64,000 bases of DNA from Octopus vulgaris. Taxonomy: Eukaryota. The position numbers and the translations under genes were made by a program. Location: assembly GCA_951406725.2 (NCBI GenBank), contig OX597822.1:38192001-38256000 (forward strand). The letters run 5' to 3'. The notes beneath the pieces are model-generated. The model did no database searches, was not told the DNA's origin, and saw only the letters and a list, made by a program, of their open reading frames with translations. Below, one piece after another: positions 30,819-43,632 of the stretch (positions within the stretch are counted from its first letter, which is position 1; each line of letters opens with the position of its first letter).

Positions 30819-31033
30819 CATGAGAATTCACGAAAAAAGCAAAGGACGAAGACAGGTGGTGTAGAAAACAAACAGATGTATTAGTATAATGCTCGGGAAT
30901 TAAAAAAGTCTTTAACGTTTCGAGGCTACGCTCTTCCAAAGAAAGGAACACGAAAGAAACAAGGAGAGGTGCATAAATATATATATATATTCATATTCAT
31001 ATTTATATATATATATATAAATATTCATATTCA

Positions 31034-31076
<43 letters not shown>

Positions 31077-31642
31077 TATTCATATTTATATTTAAATTAA
31101 CATATATATGTATATATATGTGTATGTATGTATGTATGTATGTATGTATACGCGTATATGTGTATGCATTGTGTATGTGCGTATGTGTGAGAGTTTCTCT
31201 GTGTGTGGCTGTGTGTTTGCAGGAGGTTGTATATTTGTGTGCATGTATGTGTGTGCATGCGTATAAGTGATTTTACTTCATACAATCTCTGTACCTATGA
31301 ATCATGTTTTTTGTTTCTCACATGGATTCGTTTTTGAACCGAATTCTAATTAAATGTACATCAATTTAACATAATTAAGAAACCAATTAACAATATAATT
31401 ATTCAGCAGTTTGTGGTTTCTATAAGTAGTTGTTTATTTTCTTCAATTCCAAGTCAAGTATAAGAAAAAAAAATCAGTTATGTCTTTGCTGAAGTAGATT
31501 GGCTTTCTCTATTTTGTCTTGCAGATGTCTCTTTGTCTTTTCTGTCTGTCTACGTGCTTTCTATGCATATATATATTATATATATATATATGCATATATA
31601 TATATATGTGTGTATGTATATATATTTATATATATATATGTA

Positions 31643-31780
<138 letters not shown>

Positions 31781-32019
31781 CATACATACATATACATATA
31801 TATATATATACACTGTATATATTAATGTCTGTATGGAAATATATATATACATATTACATTATATATATTCATATATATATATACATATATTTGTGTGAGT
31901 GTGTGTGAATATACATGATATTATATATATATATATATATATATATGAATATATATAATGTAATATGTATATATATATTTCCATACACACACATTAATAT
32001 ATACAGCATATATATACTC

Positions 32020-32072
<53 letters not shown>

Positions 32073-32296
32073 TCAATAGAAATACCTTCACACATCACGT
32101 ACACACATACACATACATACGTGTATGTATACATACATATGTACATACATACATACATACATACATACATAATTGTCTATATGTATATATACATATATGT
32201 ATATATACATATATACATATGTGTGTGCATATGTAGGTATTTATATGTAATATATACAACTCTGTGTTGTATATTTGTACATGTGCATCTGTATAT

Positions 32297-32350
<54 letters not shown>

Positions 32351-32572
32351 TATCTATGCGTGTGTGGACACCTATTTACATGTTGTGTAATCCTATTTTC
32401 TTATTTCAATTAAGTTTTCCTTAATTTTTTTAATTTTCTTTCTCTAAAACTGTTTTAGATGTAATTTAATTTTCAATGGAGAACAGCTCAGAATTGTTCG
32501 TAAACAAACCATTACGTGGAGTGGAGAATTAGCTTCAATTGATCACACATATCATCATCATCATCATTGTTG

Positions 32573-32636
<64 letters not shown>

Positions 32637-32829
32637 GATGGCGAGCTGGCAGAATCGTTAGCACGCTGGAGGAAATACTTAGCGGTATTTCGCCCGTCGC
32701 TACATTCTGTGTTCAAATTCCGCCGGAGTCGACTTTGCCTTTCATCTTTTCGGGTCGATAAAATAGTACCTGTTGAACACTGGTGTCCACTAATTTCAGG
32801 CCTTGTGTCTATAGTAGAAAGGATTATTG

Positions 32830-35141
32830 CTGTTGTTGTGTTTTAAAATAAGATATGGTCCGTTGTCTTCTGCTGAACCGGGGTCATCCCTTGACACTAA
32901 AGTTACAGCAGGTCCTCAACTCATGGAGAGTACACGGTGTAAAATGTGTGCGGAACATAGCAACACCATTTTCTGAAGTTCTCTCACGTTAACACTGCAA
33001 GGGAGTTTGTTGAGCTGCTTATCAAGGCCCTTTTTAATTAGTCCTAATGCTCCAATCACCACTGGTGCTGTGCTGCTTTTCATTCCCCATATCTTGGTCA
33101 CTTCTATTTCTAGGTCTTTGTACTTAAGTAACTTCTCAACTTCTTTAATGGACACGTTTCTCTCTGATGGTACTGTCACATCTATCATAAAACATTTCTT
33201 ATTCTTCCCATCTTTGTTGATTATGTCCGGCTTGTTTGCCTTAATTTCTTTATCGGTATCAATTGGCATGTCCCAGAGTACTGCTACATCATCTTTTCCG
33301 GTCACAGTTTCAGGTTTATGCTGGTACCACCTTCCTGAAGTTGGAAGCTGGTAGTGTTTACATATCTTTCAATGGATATATTGTGCTACTCTATCGTGTC
33401 TATGAATATATTGGGTTTTTGCAAGCGCTGTGCATCCAATTAAGATGTGGTCCACTGTTTCATCCTGCTTTTCGGGTCAGTATCATTGTTCATTATTTTG
33501 TTGTGGTAAGCCCTGGTTGCCAAGCTTTGATCTTGTGCTGCTATGATAAAACCTTCGGTTTCAGCCTTCAGTCCTGAGCTCTTCATCCATACATGAGTAT
33601 CTCGTTTTTCTACGTTGGGTTTGTTCACTCTACATGGGTATTGGCCATGCATCGGTTTTTCTAGCCATTCTTCTTTGCTCTTCTTCTGGGCTTGTTTTTT
33701 CATCTCTTCCTTAACTCATTTAGCAAACTGGGTTACTTTCCCACTCACCTTCATCCTAGGTTCCTCCGTCATCAGTTTTTTCTTAAACTGTACCTATTCT
33801 TTGCATACCGAGTATAGCTTCTTTACTTTATCATGCTGGTGCACAAGCTTCATTAGAGGATCTTTTGACAACTCAAGATATGTATTTAATCCTACAGTAG
33901 TGGTTTTGTAAGATAATTCTAATTGAGTTAGTCCTCTTCCTCCCATACTTCTCGGTAAATAAATCCTGTTCACGTCCGCTTTTGGGTCGTTCATTCGAAC
34001 CCTGGTAAGTAGTTTTCTGGTCTTGGGGTCTAGCTTCTTTATTTCGCTCATTTGCCAGTTGATTATGTTGAAACTGTAAGATACGATTGGTACCGCAAGA
34101 GTGTTAATAGCTTCTATTTTGTTTGCAGCGTTGAGTTCAGTCTTTGTTACTAACCGTATCTCCTGTAGTACTCTTTTCTAATCTTCTCTTTCATTGCTGA
34201 ATGTGTTATGCCGTTACTTTCGTCTATGCCAAGGTATTTATATGCTTCTTCATAGTCCAATGCTCGGATTCTTGCTTCTGTATCTACGTGGATATCCGCA
34301 GAATATGTCATTTTGCCTCTTATGAAAATAGCTTTCGCGCATTTCTCCAGTCCAAACTGCATCCTGATATCACCACGGAACTTTTTAACCATAGCAAGTA
34401 GACCTTCTTGTTGCTCGTCATTTTTTGAGTACATTTTCAGATCATCCATGTAGAACAGAGGACTCCCTTTTTTCTTCTTGATCTCATATCCATACCCGGT
34501 TTTGTTGAGCATGGTACTTAATGGTGCCAGTACCAAGCAGAATATTAAGGGTGACAGCGATTCCCTTGGAAGATACCACTTTTGATTTTGATTGGTCTGC
34601 TTGTTATTGATCCACTGGAATGGTTCTGCGTCAACGTAGTTTCCCATATATTCATACTGTGTTTCATAAACATGATGAGAGTTGGGGATACTTTGTATAC
34701 TTCCACCACTTTTAGAATTCATGAGTGAAGTATACTATCGAACGCCTTTTTGTAGTCGATCCGTGATGTGCTCAGGTTCGTTTTCCTGATTTTGCAGTCT
34801 TCAAGGATCATTTTGTTTATCAGCAATTGGTCCTTGCATCCGTAGCTCCCTCTTCGACAACCTTTTTGTGCTGGTGGTGGTAGGTTGTTTGTTTTCTTCT
34901 AGGAATGTGTATGTTCATCCAGTGATTACAGATGTTGATATTTTATACATTGTTGGTAGACAGGTGATTGGTCTATAGTTCTTTGGGTTTTCTGTGTCAT
35001 TTGTTTTTGGTATTAGGTGTGTCACTCCCTGTGTCAACCAGTCTGGGCTATTTTCTGGGGTTTTCATGACTTCGTTGTATGCTGATGACATATCTCCATG
35101 TATATCAACTAGCTGTTTGATCCAGAGGTTTGGTACTCGAT
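32830..35141 (-). mobile_element. 5'-truncated, frameshifted non-LTR retrotransposon with RT and restriction-like endonuclease (Dong/R4-type)
   Basis: ORF pieces PKNYRPITCLPTMYK, IDYKKAFDS, SLSPLIF, FYMDDLKMY, YKYLGI, RHD, KPDII..IDVTVP..KEVEKLLKYKDLE, ending AHILHRVLS* plus a short 3' UTR. Confidence 0.9.
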
Positions 35142-35204
35142 CCATTCCCCTCCCTCAAAATTTCAGACCTTGTGTCTATAGTAGAAGGGAACATTATTGT
35201 TATT

Positions 35205-37050
35205 GCTTTTATTCAGTTAACTTATCCGTATTGCGTGCTTTCACGGCACTACCAAGTGCAGCTCTGTGCACCTTCAGCATGTGCAGTGTTTTGTGTTGGT
35301 TTTGTTGTTTTAACTGTATTGAAATTACCCTACATAAGATGTGTGCGGTTCCTAGCGGCGCTATTTTCTATATTTCATGCATATTTTTATGTCCTTGTGT
35401 TATAGTTATCTCTTTGTCTGTATGTTTTTGATCATTCTTAAAGCACCTATTATTATAGGGAATGTTTCTGTTTTCAGGCCTCACATTCATGTTATCTCTA
35501 TTTCGAGATCTTTATATCTAGATAGATAAGTTCCCCATCTCTTTCAAAGATACGTTATCATCCATTGGTAACTGATAAATCGATTAAGAGGCATATCGTT
35601 TCCTGGTTGTCCTTGATAACAATATCTGGTCCATTAACTTTGATCGCCCTGTCTGCGTGTATTGACATATCCCAGTGTGTGTGGTTGCCTTTTCATTTTC
35701 TGAGGTATGCGTATACCGTACCTCTTCTGCTGGTATTTCATGGTGCTAACATAACTTCCAATGTATGTAATTCCCGATTTCGTCATATCTGAAGAAGTAT
35801 TCTTTATTGTCTGACACTGGACAACCAGGGGTAATTTGGTTGTTTCTTCCCATCACAACATATTCTGCTTCATTATATGATTTTAGTGATTTCTAAAGGG
35901 GAACCAAAACCCTTCAGTTTATGCTTTGAGTTCTACGCTCCTCAGCTAATGTTGACTTTTGTGGGGTGGGGTGGGGTGGGTGGGTGGGGTGGGTGGGTGG
36001 GTGGTGGGTGGGTGGGTGGGGTGGGTGGGTGGGTGGGGTGGGGTGGGGTCTCTTTCTCTTCTTTTCATTTTCTAGTATTGAACTTGTGGAGCCTTTTCTT
36101 GTCATTGTTGTATTATGCCATTCTGTAGGCCCAATTTAAATTCAGATTTTAACTGCTTTACGATTTCTGTAGTCGTGTTTTTCTTTCGTATTTGTATGTT
36201 TCCTTGAAGACAGAATAAGCTTTTTTGTTCATGTTTCATAGCTATTTGTATTAATTTTTCATAATTCTGTACTTAGATATCTTTGTATTCCGAGAGTGGA
36301 TTTTTGCAATAGTTTTTTTTTTTTTAGTTGTACAAGGCTCCTACCAGCTTGTATTCATGGTAAATATAGTCTCCCAATGTCATATTCTGTATGGCGTGTT
36401 CTAAATGCAATCGTTATCTTCCGTTATCCTGTCTGGCTAGATCATTTAGTGTCCAATGGTAACTTTTTCCTGGAACAGCTACAAGATACCACTTTCCATA
36501 TTCTTTGCATTTGGCTTTGTCTTAAATATTAATCTGATTCGTCTACAACATCCTTTCCTAATCTTTTCTTTCATTTGTATGTGTCGTTTACTATCTAGTT
36601 CACTGATTCCGAAGTATCTGTATGTCTGTGTTTGATCTAATTCTCTTATCTCAGTTTCTCTATCTGCTGTGATATTAATGTTCTTAACTAATTAATGTTC
36701 TTTTGTACATCTTTCCTAAGACGAATCTCATATTTATTTTTTTTTTTGGTAAATCCATGAACTGTCTGCAATAATGTTTCCAATTCTTTACGGTTTTTTC
36801 AGCATTTGAGATCATCCATATGCAAAAGATACTTAATAAAGACTTGCCATATTTGTATCCGCATCCAGTTCTGTTTTGTATGTCGGTTAAAGGCATCAAC
36901 GCCGGACAGAGAAGGACTGTAAGAGATAGAGCCCATTTAGAATATTCTTCTTTTAATTGGAATGGTTTTAGTTTCTATAATTTCCTCTATGGGCTGTAAC
37001 TGCAAAACTGTTTGCCATTTATTCGTAACATGTTTCGTGTATTTTCTTAT
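35205..37050 (-). mobile_element. Older, heavily degraded RLE-LINE copy of a different subfamily
   Basis: Minus-strand remnants such as WDMSIHADRAIKVNGPDIVIKD, TGCGYKY and MRFVLGK; interrupted by a (GGGT)n tract. Confidence 0.7.
35961..36049 (+). repeat. (GGGT)n/(GGGGT)n tract with G-quadruplex potential
   Basis: About 20 G-runs separated by single T. Confidence 0.85.
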
Positions 37051-37336
37051 TATTGGTGATACCCAGAGCGGCGAACTGGTAGAAAATTCGATTAGGAGGC
37101 TCCGAGCAGGCAGAAACGTTAGCGCACCGGGCGAAATGCTCAGCGGTATTTCGTCTGCCATTACGTTCAGAGTTCAAATTCCGCCGAGGTCGACTTTGCC
37201 TTTCATCCTTTCGGGGTCGATAGATTAGGTACCAGTTATACACTGGGGTCGATGTAATCGACTTAATCCCTTTGTCTGTCCTTGTTTGTCCCCTATATGT
37301 TTCGCCCCTTGTAGGCAATAAAGAAATAAGAAAAGT

Positions 37337-37556
37337 CGATTAGGAGGCATTTCTTTTCCTGGTTGTCCTTGATAACAATATCTGGTCCATTAACTTTGAT
37401 CGCCCTGTCTGCGTGTATTGACATATCCCAGTGTGTGGTTGCCTTTTCACTTTCTGAGGTATGCGTATGCTGTACCTTTTCATGGTGCTAACATAACTTC
37501 CAACGTATGTAATTCCCGATTTTGTCATGCCTGAAGAGGTATTCTTTATTGTCTAA
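37337..37556 (-). mobile_element. Second copy of the LINE segment at about 35581-35815
   Basis: Near-identical stretch tcctggttgtccttgataacaatatctggtccattaactttgatcgccctgtctgcgtgtattgacatatcccag. Confidence 0.8.
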
Positions 37557-38525
37557 CAATATTTAGCGGCATTTCTTCCATTCCTTTATGTTCTGAGTTC
37601 AAATCCTGCCGAGGTCGAATTTATCTTTCATCATTTCGAGGTTCAATAAAATAAATACCAGTCGAGTACTGAGGTCGATGTAATCGACTAACAAACCCCC
37701 CTCCTCTCCCCTACTAAAAATACTGAAGGTCTTGTGGCTAGAGTAGACAGAATTATTGATGCTACCTTATTCCTCACTAGTATTTCAAGGATCCATATAT
37801 AGGGAAATACAGTCTAAAGGATTTCCGGTAGTCGAGCCATACCATTCTCAGACACATATTTTTCCTTTGCCCATCTTCATTTATAGATTTATCGATCAGC
37901 AATTGATCTTTCCAATCATATGATTCTTCGCAGCATCCTATCTAATCTTCTGAAAACATGTGCGTGTGTGTATGTGCGTGTGTGTGTATGTGCATGTGTG
38001 TGTGCGTGCGTGTTGTGCTGTGTCTAAAGCATAGCGTTTATTTCCTGTCACTATCATAACGTCTTTATAACGCGGTAAGCTGGTAGAATCGGTAGAACAG
38101 CGGACAAAAGGCTTAGCGGCATTTCGTCCGTCTTTACGTTCTGAGTTCAAAATCCGCTGAGGTTGATTTTGCCGTTCATTCCTTCCGGGGTCAATTAAGT
38201 AAGTACCAATTGAACTCTGGAATCGATGTAATCGAATTATACCCCCTACCCGAAATTGCTGGCCTTGTGCCAAAATTTGAAATCAATATCATAGCGTCTT
38301 AATACATGCTGTGTGCGCGTGTGTGTGTTATATCCTATCTATAACATAATGTTTGCATAATGTTTGTTATATACCCCGAATTTGCATAGTCTTTGTCCAC
38401 AGCTATATACCCTGTCCATACTCTTTATATAGTGTTTGTGCAAAATTATATACCCTTATTGTTCCGGTGTTTATGCATAATTATACACCCGATCTTTCCA
38501 CGTGTCTATATAAATTACACACATA

Positions 38526-38689
38526 GGCGCAGGAGTGGCTGTGTGGTAAGTAGCTTGCTTACCAACTACATGGTTCCGGGTTCAATCCCACTGCGTGGAG
38601 CTTTAAGGCCTTCTACTATAGCCTCGGGCCAACCAAAGCCTTGTGAGTGGATTTGGTAAACGGAAACTGAAAGAAACCTGTCGTATATG

Positions 38690-38739
<50 letters not shown>

Positions 38740-38970
38740 TGTGTGTGTGTGTGTGTGTGCTTCTTTGCGTGTCTGTGCTTGTCCCCTCCCAACATCGTTT
38801 GACAACCGATTTTGGTGTGTTCACGTCCCCGTAACTTAGCGGTTCGGCAAAAGAGACCGATAGAATAAGTACTAGGCTTACAAAGAATAAGTCATGGGGT
38901 CGATTTGTTCGACTAAAGGCGGTGCTCCAGCATGGCTGCAGTCAAATGACCGAAACAAATAAAAGAATAA
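38526..38970 (+). mobile_element. tRNA-derived SINE family A, representative copy (others near 1351, 4822, 14030-14525 minus, 14745, 23797, 28915, 40670-41150 minus, 42250, 43360-43790 minus, 45541, 47970, 51685 minus, 52960, 53360-53660 minus)
   Basis: A box tggctgtgtggt, B box ggttcaatccc, internal (TG)n and a conserved tail; most copies have a CORE-like ggcaccttgggcaagt segment. Confidence 0.88.
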
Positions 38971-38997
38971 AGGAATAAAAGAATATATACCTATAGC

Positions 38998-39035
<38 letters not shown>

Positions 39036-39041
<6 letters not shown>

Positions 39042-39599
39042 AGAAAATGGAGAAATACATCCAAATCAAATATCAATTACCAGATAATACCCAATCACAT
39101 ACTTTATTAAACCACCACATAAGAAACTTTAAGGTCAAACATAATAATGTAGAACAAAACAGTGTACATAAAGGAGTATAAAGGAGTATGTTATACAATA
39201 AGTACAATATGTATAAGAGAATATAAATATAAGTAAATATAAATATAAATATAGACTACATCTTACAGCTGTTTCGGCCATGCAGATAAGTATGTCTCAT
39301 TTTACTTATATTAGCCATTTACGGTAGGTCAATATGTAGTTATAAATGAGACATTTACAAAAATATCCTAGTAGTCTATATTTATATTTATATTTACTTA
39401 TATTTATATTCTCTTATACATATTGTACTTATTGTATAACATTACTCCTTTATGCACACTCCTTTATGTACACTGTTTTGTTCTACATTATTATGTTTGA
39501 CCTTAAAGTTTCTTATGTGGTGGTTTAATAAAGTATGTGATTGGGTATTATCTGGTAATTGATATTTGATTTGGATGTATTTCTCCATTTTCTTATTTT
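39036..39599. repeat. Long inverted repeat, ~225 bp near-identical arms, ~110 bp spacer
   Basis: 39036-39259 is the reverse complement of 39371-39599. Confidence 0.92.
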
Positions 39600-39772
39600 G
39601 TATTATGAATTTGTGGTAAAACATTTTACCTTTGCCCATATAATACAGTAAATGAATTAATTGCATCGCAGTTCTTAACATTTATGTATTAACTATGTTG
39701 GGTACTTCACTAGCAGTATATTGGATATTTGTTATCCCATGGAGGGTTGCATTTACAACCCCTATCTCAATT

Positions 39773-39817
<45 letters not shown>

Positions 39818-40130
39818 TTTTACCTTCCCTATTTCATAATTTCTCCAGTTATACACCCTGTTTTTCTCACAGCGTGTATATAAGTTATAATCCCTGTTGT
39901 ATCCAGTGTGTAACGATTGTATAAATATATTACTATTTAAGGATGACTGACACAGTTGACCTCTCTCACTTGCAAACGTCTCTTTATGTCTATTAGGAAC
40001 CTTGATTCGCTAAAAATCGTAGCTAAAATTTTCACCCGACTATGATGAAATCAACAGACATTATTACTATTAATCGATCCGAGTATGCAACTGGTATTTG
40101 ACTTAGCGGCCTTAGAGTAATAAAAAACAA

Positions 40131-40480
40131 ACCACGCCCACTACTTCGGTGTGTCTTGAAGAGAGTCAGTCCACACCACGCCCACACTTCGGTGTATCTG
40201 GAAGGTAGTCAGTCCATACCACACCCACCACTTCGGTGCGTCTGGAAGATAGTCGGTCCACAAAACGCCTACCACTTCGGTGTGTCTGGAAGAGTCAGTT
40301 CTCACCACGCCCACTACTTCGGTGTATCTGGAAGGTAGTCAGCCCACACCACGCCCACACTTCGGTGTATCTGGAAGATAGTCAGTCCACACCACGCCCA
40401 CCACTTCGGTGTATCTGGAAGATAGTCAGTCCACACCACACCCACCACTTCGGTGTGTCTGGAAGATAGTCAGTCCACAC
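40131..40480. repeat. Minisatellite, 8 units of about 43-44 bp
   Basis: Consensus acaccacgcccaccacttcggtgtatctggaagatagtcagtcc. Confidence 0.92.
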
Positions 40481-40919
40481 GCTGGCATCACTGTGCGGTT
40501 ACGAAGATCGCTTTGTAACCATGCAGTTTCATGTTCAATCCTACCATGTGGTACCTTGAGCAAGAGATTCTACTATAGCCGCAAGGCGATAACTGCTTTG
40601 TGAGTGAATTCTACTGACGGAAACTGTGGGAAAGCCCGTTATGTATGTATGTATGTACATATATATTCTTTTATTCTTTTATTTGTTTCATCACTTGACT
40701 GCGGCCATGTTGGAGCACCACATTAAAGGAGTTTTTTGTAATCGAAGAAATCGACCCCCGGACTTATTTTATTTTAAGCCGAGTACTTATTCTATCGATC
40801 TCTTTTGCCGAACCGCTAAGTCACGGGAACGTAAACACATCAACATGGGTTGTCAAGCGATGGTGGAGAGGTGACAAACACAAACACTAACACACACACG
40901 CATAGATATACACACACAC

Positions 40920-41002
<83 letters not shown>

Positions 41003-41161
41003 AGGCTTCTTTCAGTTTCCGTCTACCAAAACCACTCACATGGCTTTGGTCGGCCAGAATCTGTAGTAGAAGACACTTGCCCAAGGTGCCACGCAGTGGG
41101 ATTGAACCCAGAACTATGTGATTAGGAAGCAAGCTTCTTACTATGCAGCCACACACACACG

Positions 41162-41198
<37 letters not shown>

Positions 41199-41209
41199 TA
41201 TTAATAAAA

Positions 41210-41416
41210 CTGCAGAGACATCACAAAACTGTTACTCAGAGTTTCACGTTTCGGTTAGTTGGACAGTTTTGGTTGGGAATGGAACGAAAATAATGTTATA
41301 TCGATGTAATTGTATATATATACATATAACCTTATTTTTGTTCTATTCTCAACCAAAACTGTCCAACGAACGGGAACGTGAAACTCTGAGTAACAGTTTT
41401 TGTGATGTCTTTACAG
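41210..41416. repeat. Fold-back hairpin, ~92 bp arms, ~22 nt spacer
   Basis: 41210-41301 mirrors 41324-41416. Confidence 0.88.
41355..41400 (+). ncRNA. Compact hammerhead-like motif with altered core
   Basis: aaaactgt-CCAACGA-acg(ggaa)cgt-GAAA-ctctga-GTA-acagtttt; stems intact, core differs from CTGANGA at two positions. Confidence 0.5.
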
Positions 41417-41511
41417 CTTAAAGATTATTACTCTACCTTCGGTATTCGAGTACTATTTTTACCACTTTGTTTCACATTTATGTGCTTACTCTGGTGTGTG
41501 TGTGTGTGTAA

Positions 41512-41554
<43 letters not shown>

Positions 41555-41568
41555 CGTGAGTGTGTGGT

Positions 41569-41608
<40 letters not shown>

Positions 41609-42959
41609 CCTGGTGTTTCTATTTGTCTTTCCCCACCGTTTGACAACCGCTGTTGGTTTGATTACGTTCCTGTGACATAAAAGTTCGACAATAACGACTA
41701 ATAGAATAAGTACCGGACTTAGAAATAAAAACAAGCACTGGGATCGATGCTACAGCATGGCCGCAGTCCAATAACTGAAACACTTCAAGGAGCAGCCGCT
41801 ATCACAGAATTAAACGCTTCTCCATGAAAATAACACCCACAGCAATAAATGCCTCCGACCTTTGTTCACGCCCACAATAGTTGCTGCCAGCATCCCTAAG
41901 CCACGCCTTCATAAATAACTAGACAACCTTATTTTATGAGGAATAACCAATAGGAGCCAAGTGAATAAATATCTCCTCCTTTCAGAATCAGCCAATTAAA
42001 ATTAAGATGCTTTCTAGCCGACTTCATCATGTAAACATTGTCGAGACAAGTAGTTTAGTCATTTCGTTCGTCCGTATCTTTCGCTCCCGTTGAGAGCCAT
42101 TATATGTCACACATGCTCAGAACTGGCATGAATGCCCTCACTGCGCTACAGATATTATTACGAGAAATAACTATGATGGAAACGAACAATGATGTTGAGT
42201 TATTATGATCAGTTAGGGCCATGTGTTAATATGAAAATGTTACTACAGACATGGCTGTTTATGCCTTAAGAAGTTGGCCACATGGTTTCTAGTTCAGCCC
42301 CATTGGGCGGCACCTTGAGCAAGTTTTTCTACTATAGCTGCAATACCATGTGACTCAATTTGGTAGACGGAAACTGTGTAGAAGCCCATCATGTGTGTGT
42401 GCGTATGTGTGCGTGTGTGTGTGTGTGTGTATTTTTGTGTCTGTTTGTACTCCCGGTAACCCCATTCCTGATAACCGGTGTGGGTTTGTTTATGTCCCTG
42501 TAACTTAGCGTTTCGGCAAAAGAGACTGATAATATAAGTACCATACTTTAAAAAAAGAAATACAAATACCGGTGTCGATTTGTTCGACTGAACTTTTCAG
42601 TGTGGTGCTCCAGCGTGGTCGCAGTCTAATGACTGAAACAAGTAAAAGATAAATGATGAATAACTCAGATGAGAAGCGGCCCAGCGGAGACATCAGTTCC
42701 AACAAGGAATTGAAACCAGATATACTGGTCTTGACCTCCTGGGTTTCTTCGATTAGGCAAAATAAAAGAAACAAGCGACTTGGAATTTATTGGAAGAAAT
42801 GGTAAATGGAAAATTGATGCCATTCTTTCCACGGAAACATTCCTGGCTTAAAAACAGAGAGAAAAATGAAAGAACGAAGAAGCCAGGAATTGAAACCTCG
42901 TCGGCAGATTCACCTCACGAGAATTTATTCCACAATAAAGGACTTTTAATTTTATAAAC

Positions 42960-43150
42960 GCGGCGAGCTGGCATAATCGTAAGCACGCCGAGCGAAATGC
43001 TGCGCAGTATTTCGCCCGTCGCTACATTCTGAGTTCAAATTCCACCGAGGTCGACTTTGCCTTTCATCCTTTCGAGGTCGATAAATTAAGTACCAGTTGT
43101 TGATGTAATCGACTTCCTCCTAACAACCAAAATTGCTGGCCTTGTGCCAT
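42960..43150 (+). mobile_element. tRNA-derived SINE family C, representative of roughly 20 copies (e.g. 6095-6310 minus, 24628, 27330, 32638, 37105, 38070, 44285-44500 minus, 44978, 47180-48940 cluster minus)
   Basis: ggcgagctggcagaatcgttagc...gagttcaaattccgccgaggtcgactttgcctttcatcctttcggggtcgataaa recurs throughout, often beside (TAA)n. Confidence 0.88.
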
Positions 43151-43566
43151 TATTTTACAAGGGCGGAGAGCTGGAAGCATCATTAACGCCTTGGACAAAA
43201 TGTTAAGCGCCATTTCTTTTGGCTCTTTACGTTCTGAGTTCAAATCCCGCCGAGCTAAACTTTGCTTCTCGTCCTTTCGGGGTCTATTAAAATACAGTTC
43301 CAGCCATGTACTGAGGTCGATGGAGCTGATTTGTCCCCTCCTCTAAAAATTTTCTCTTTTATCTTTTGCCTGTTTCAGTCATTAGACTACGGCCATACTG
43401 GAGCAACGCCTTGAAGAATTTTTAGTCGAATGAATCGACGCCAGGACTTATTTTCTGTTAAGCCTGATACTTATTCTATCGGTTTCTTTTTGCCGAACCG
43501 CTAATTTACTTGGTCGTAAACACACCAACACATGTTGTCAAGCGGTGGTAAGGGACAAACTCAGAC

Positions 43567-43632
<66 letters not shown>

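Noticed and set aside
40131-40480. CRISPR-like array
   Set aside because: Head-to-tail tandem units with no unique spacers, in a eukaryotic context with no cas genes.
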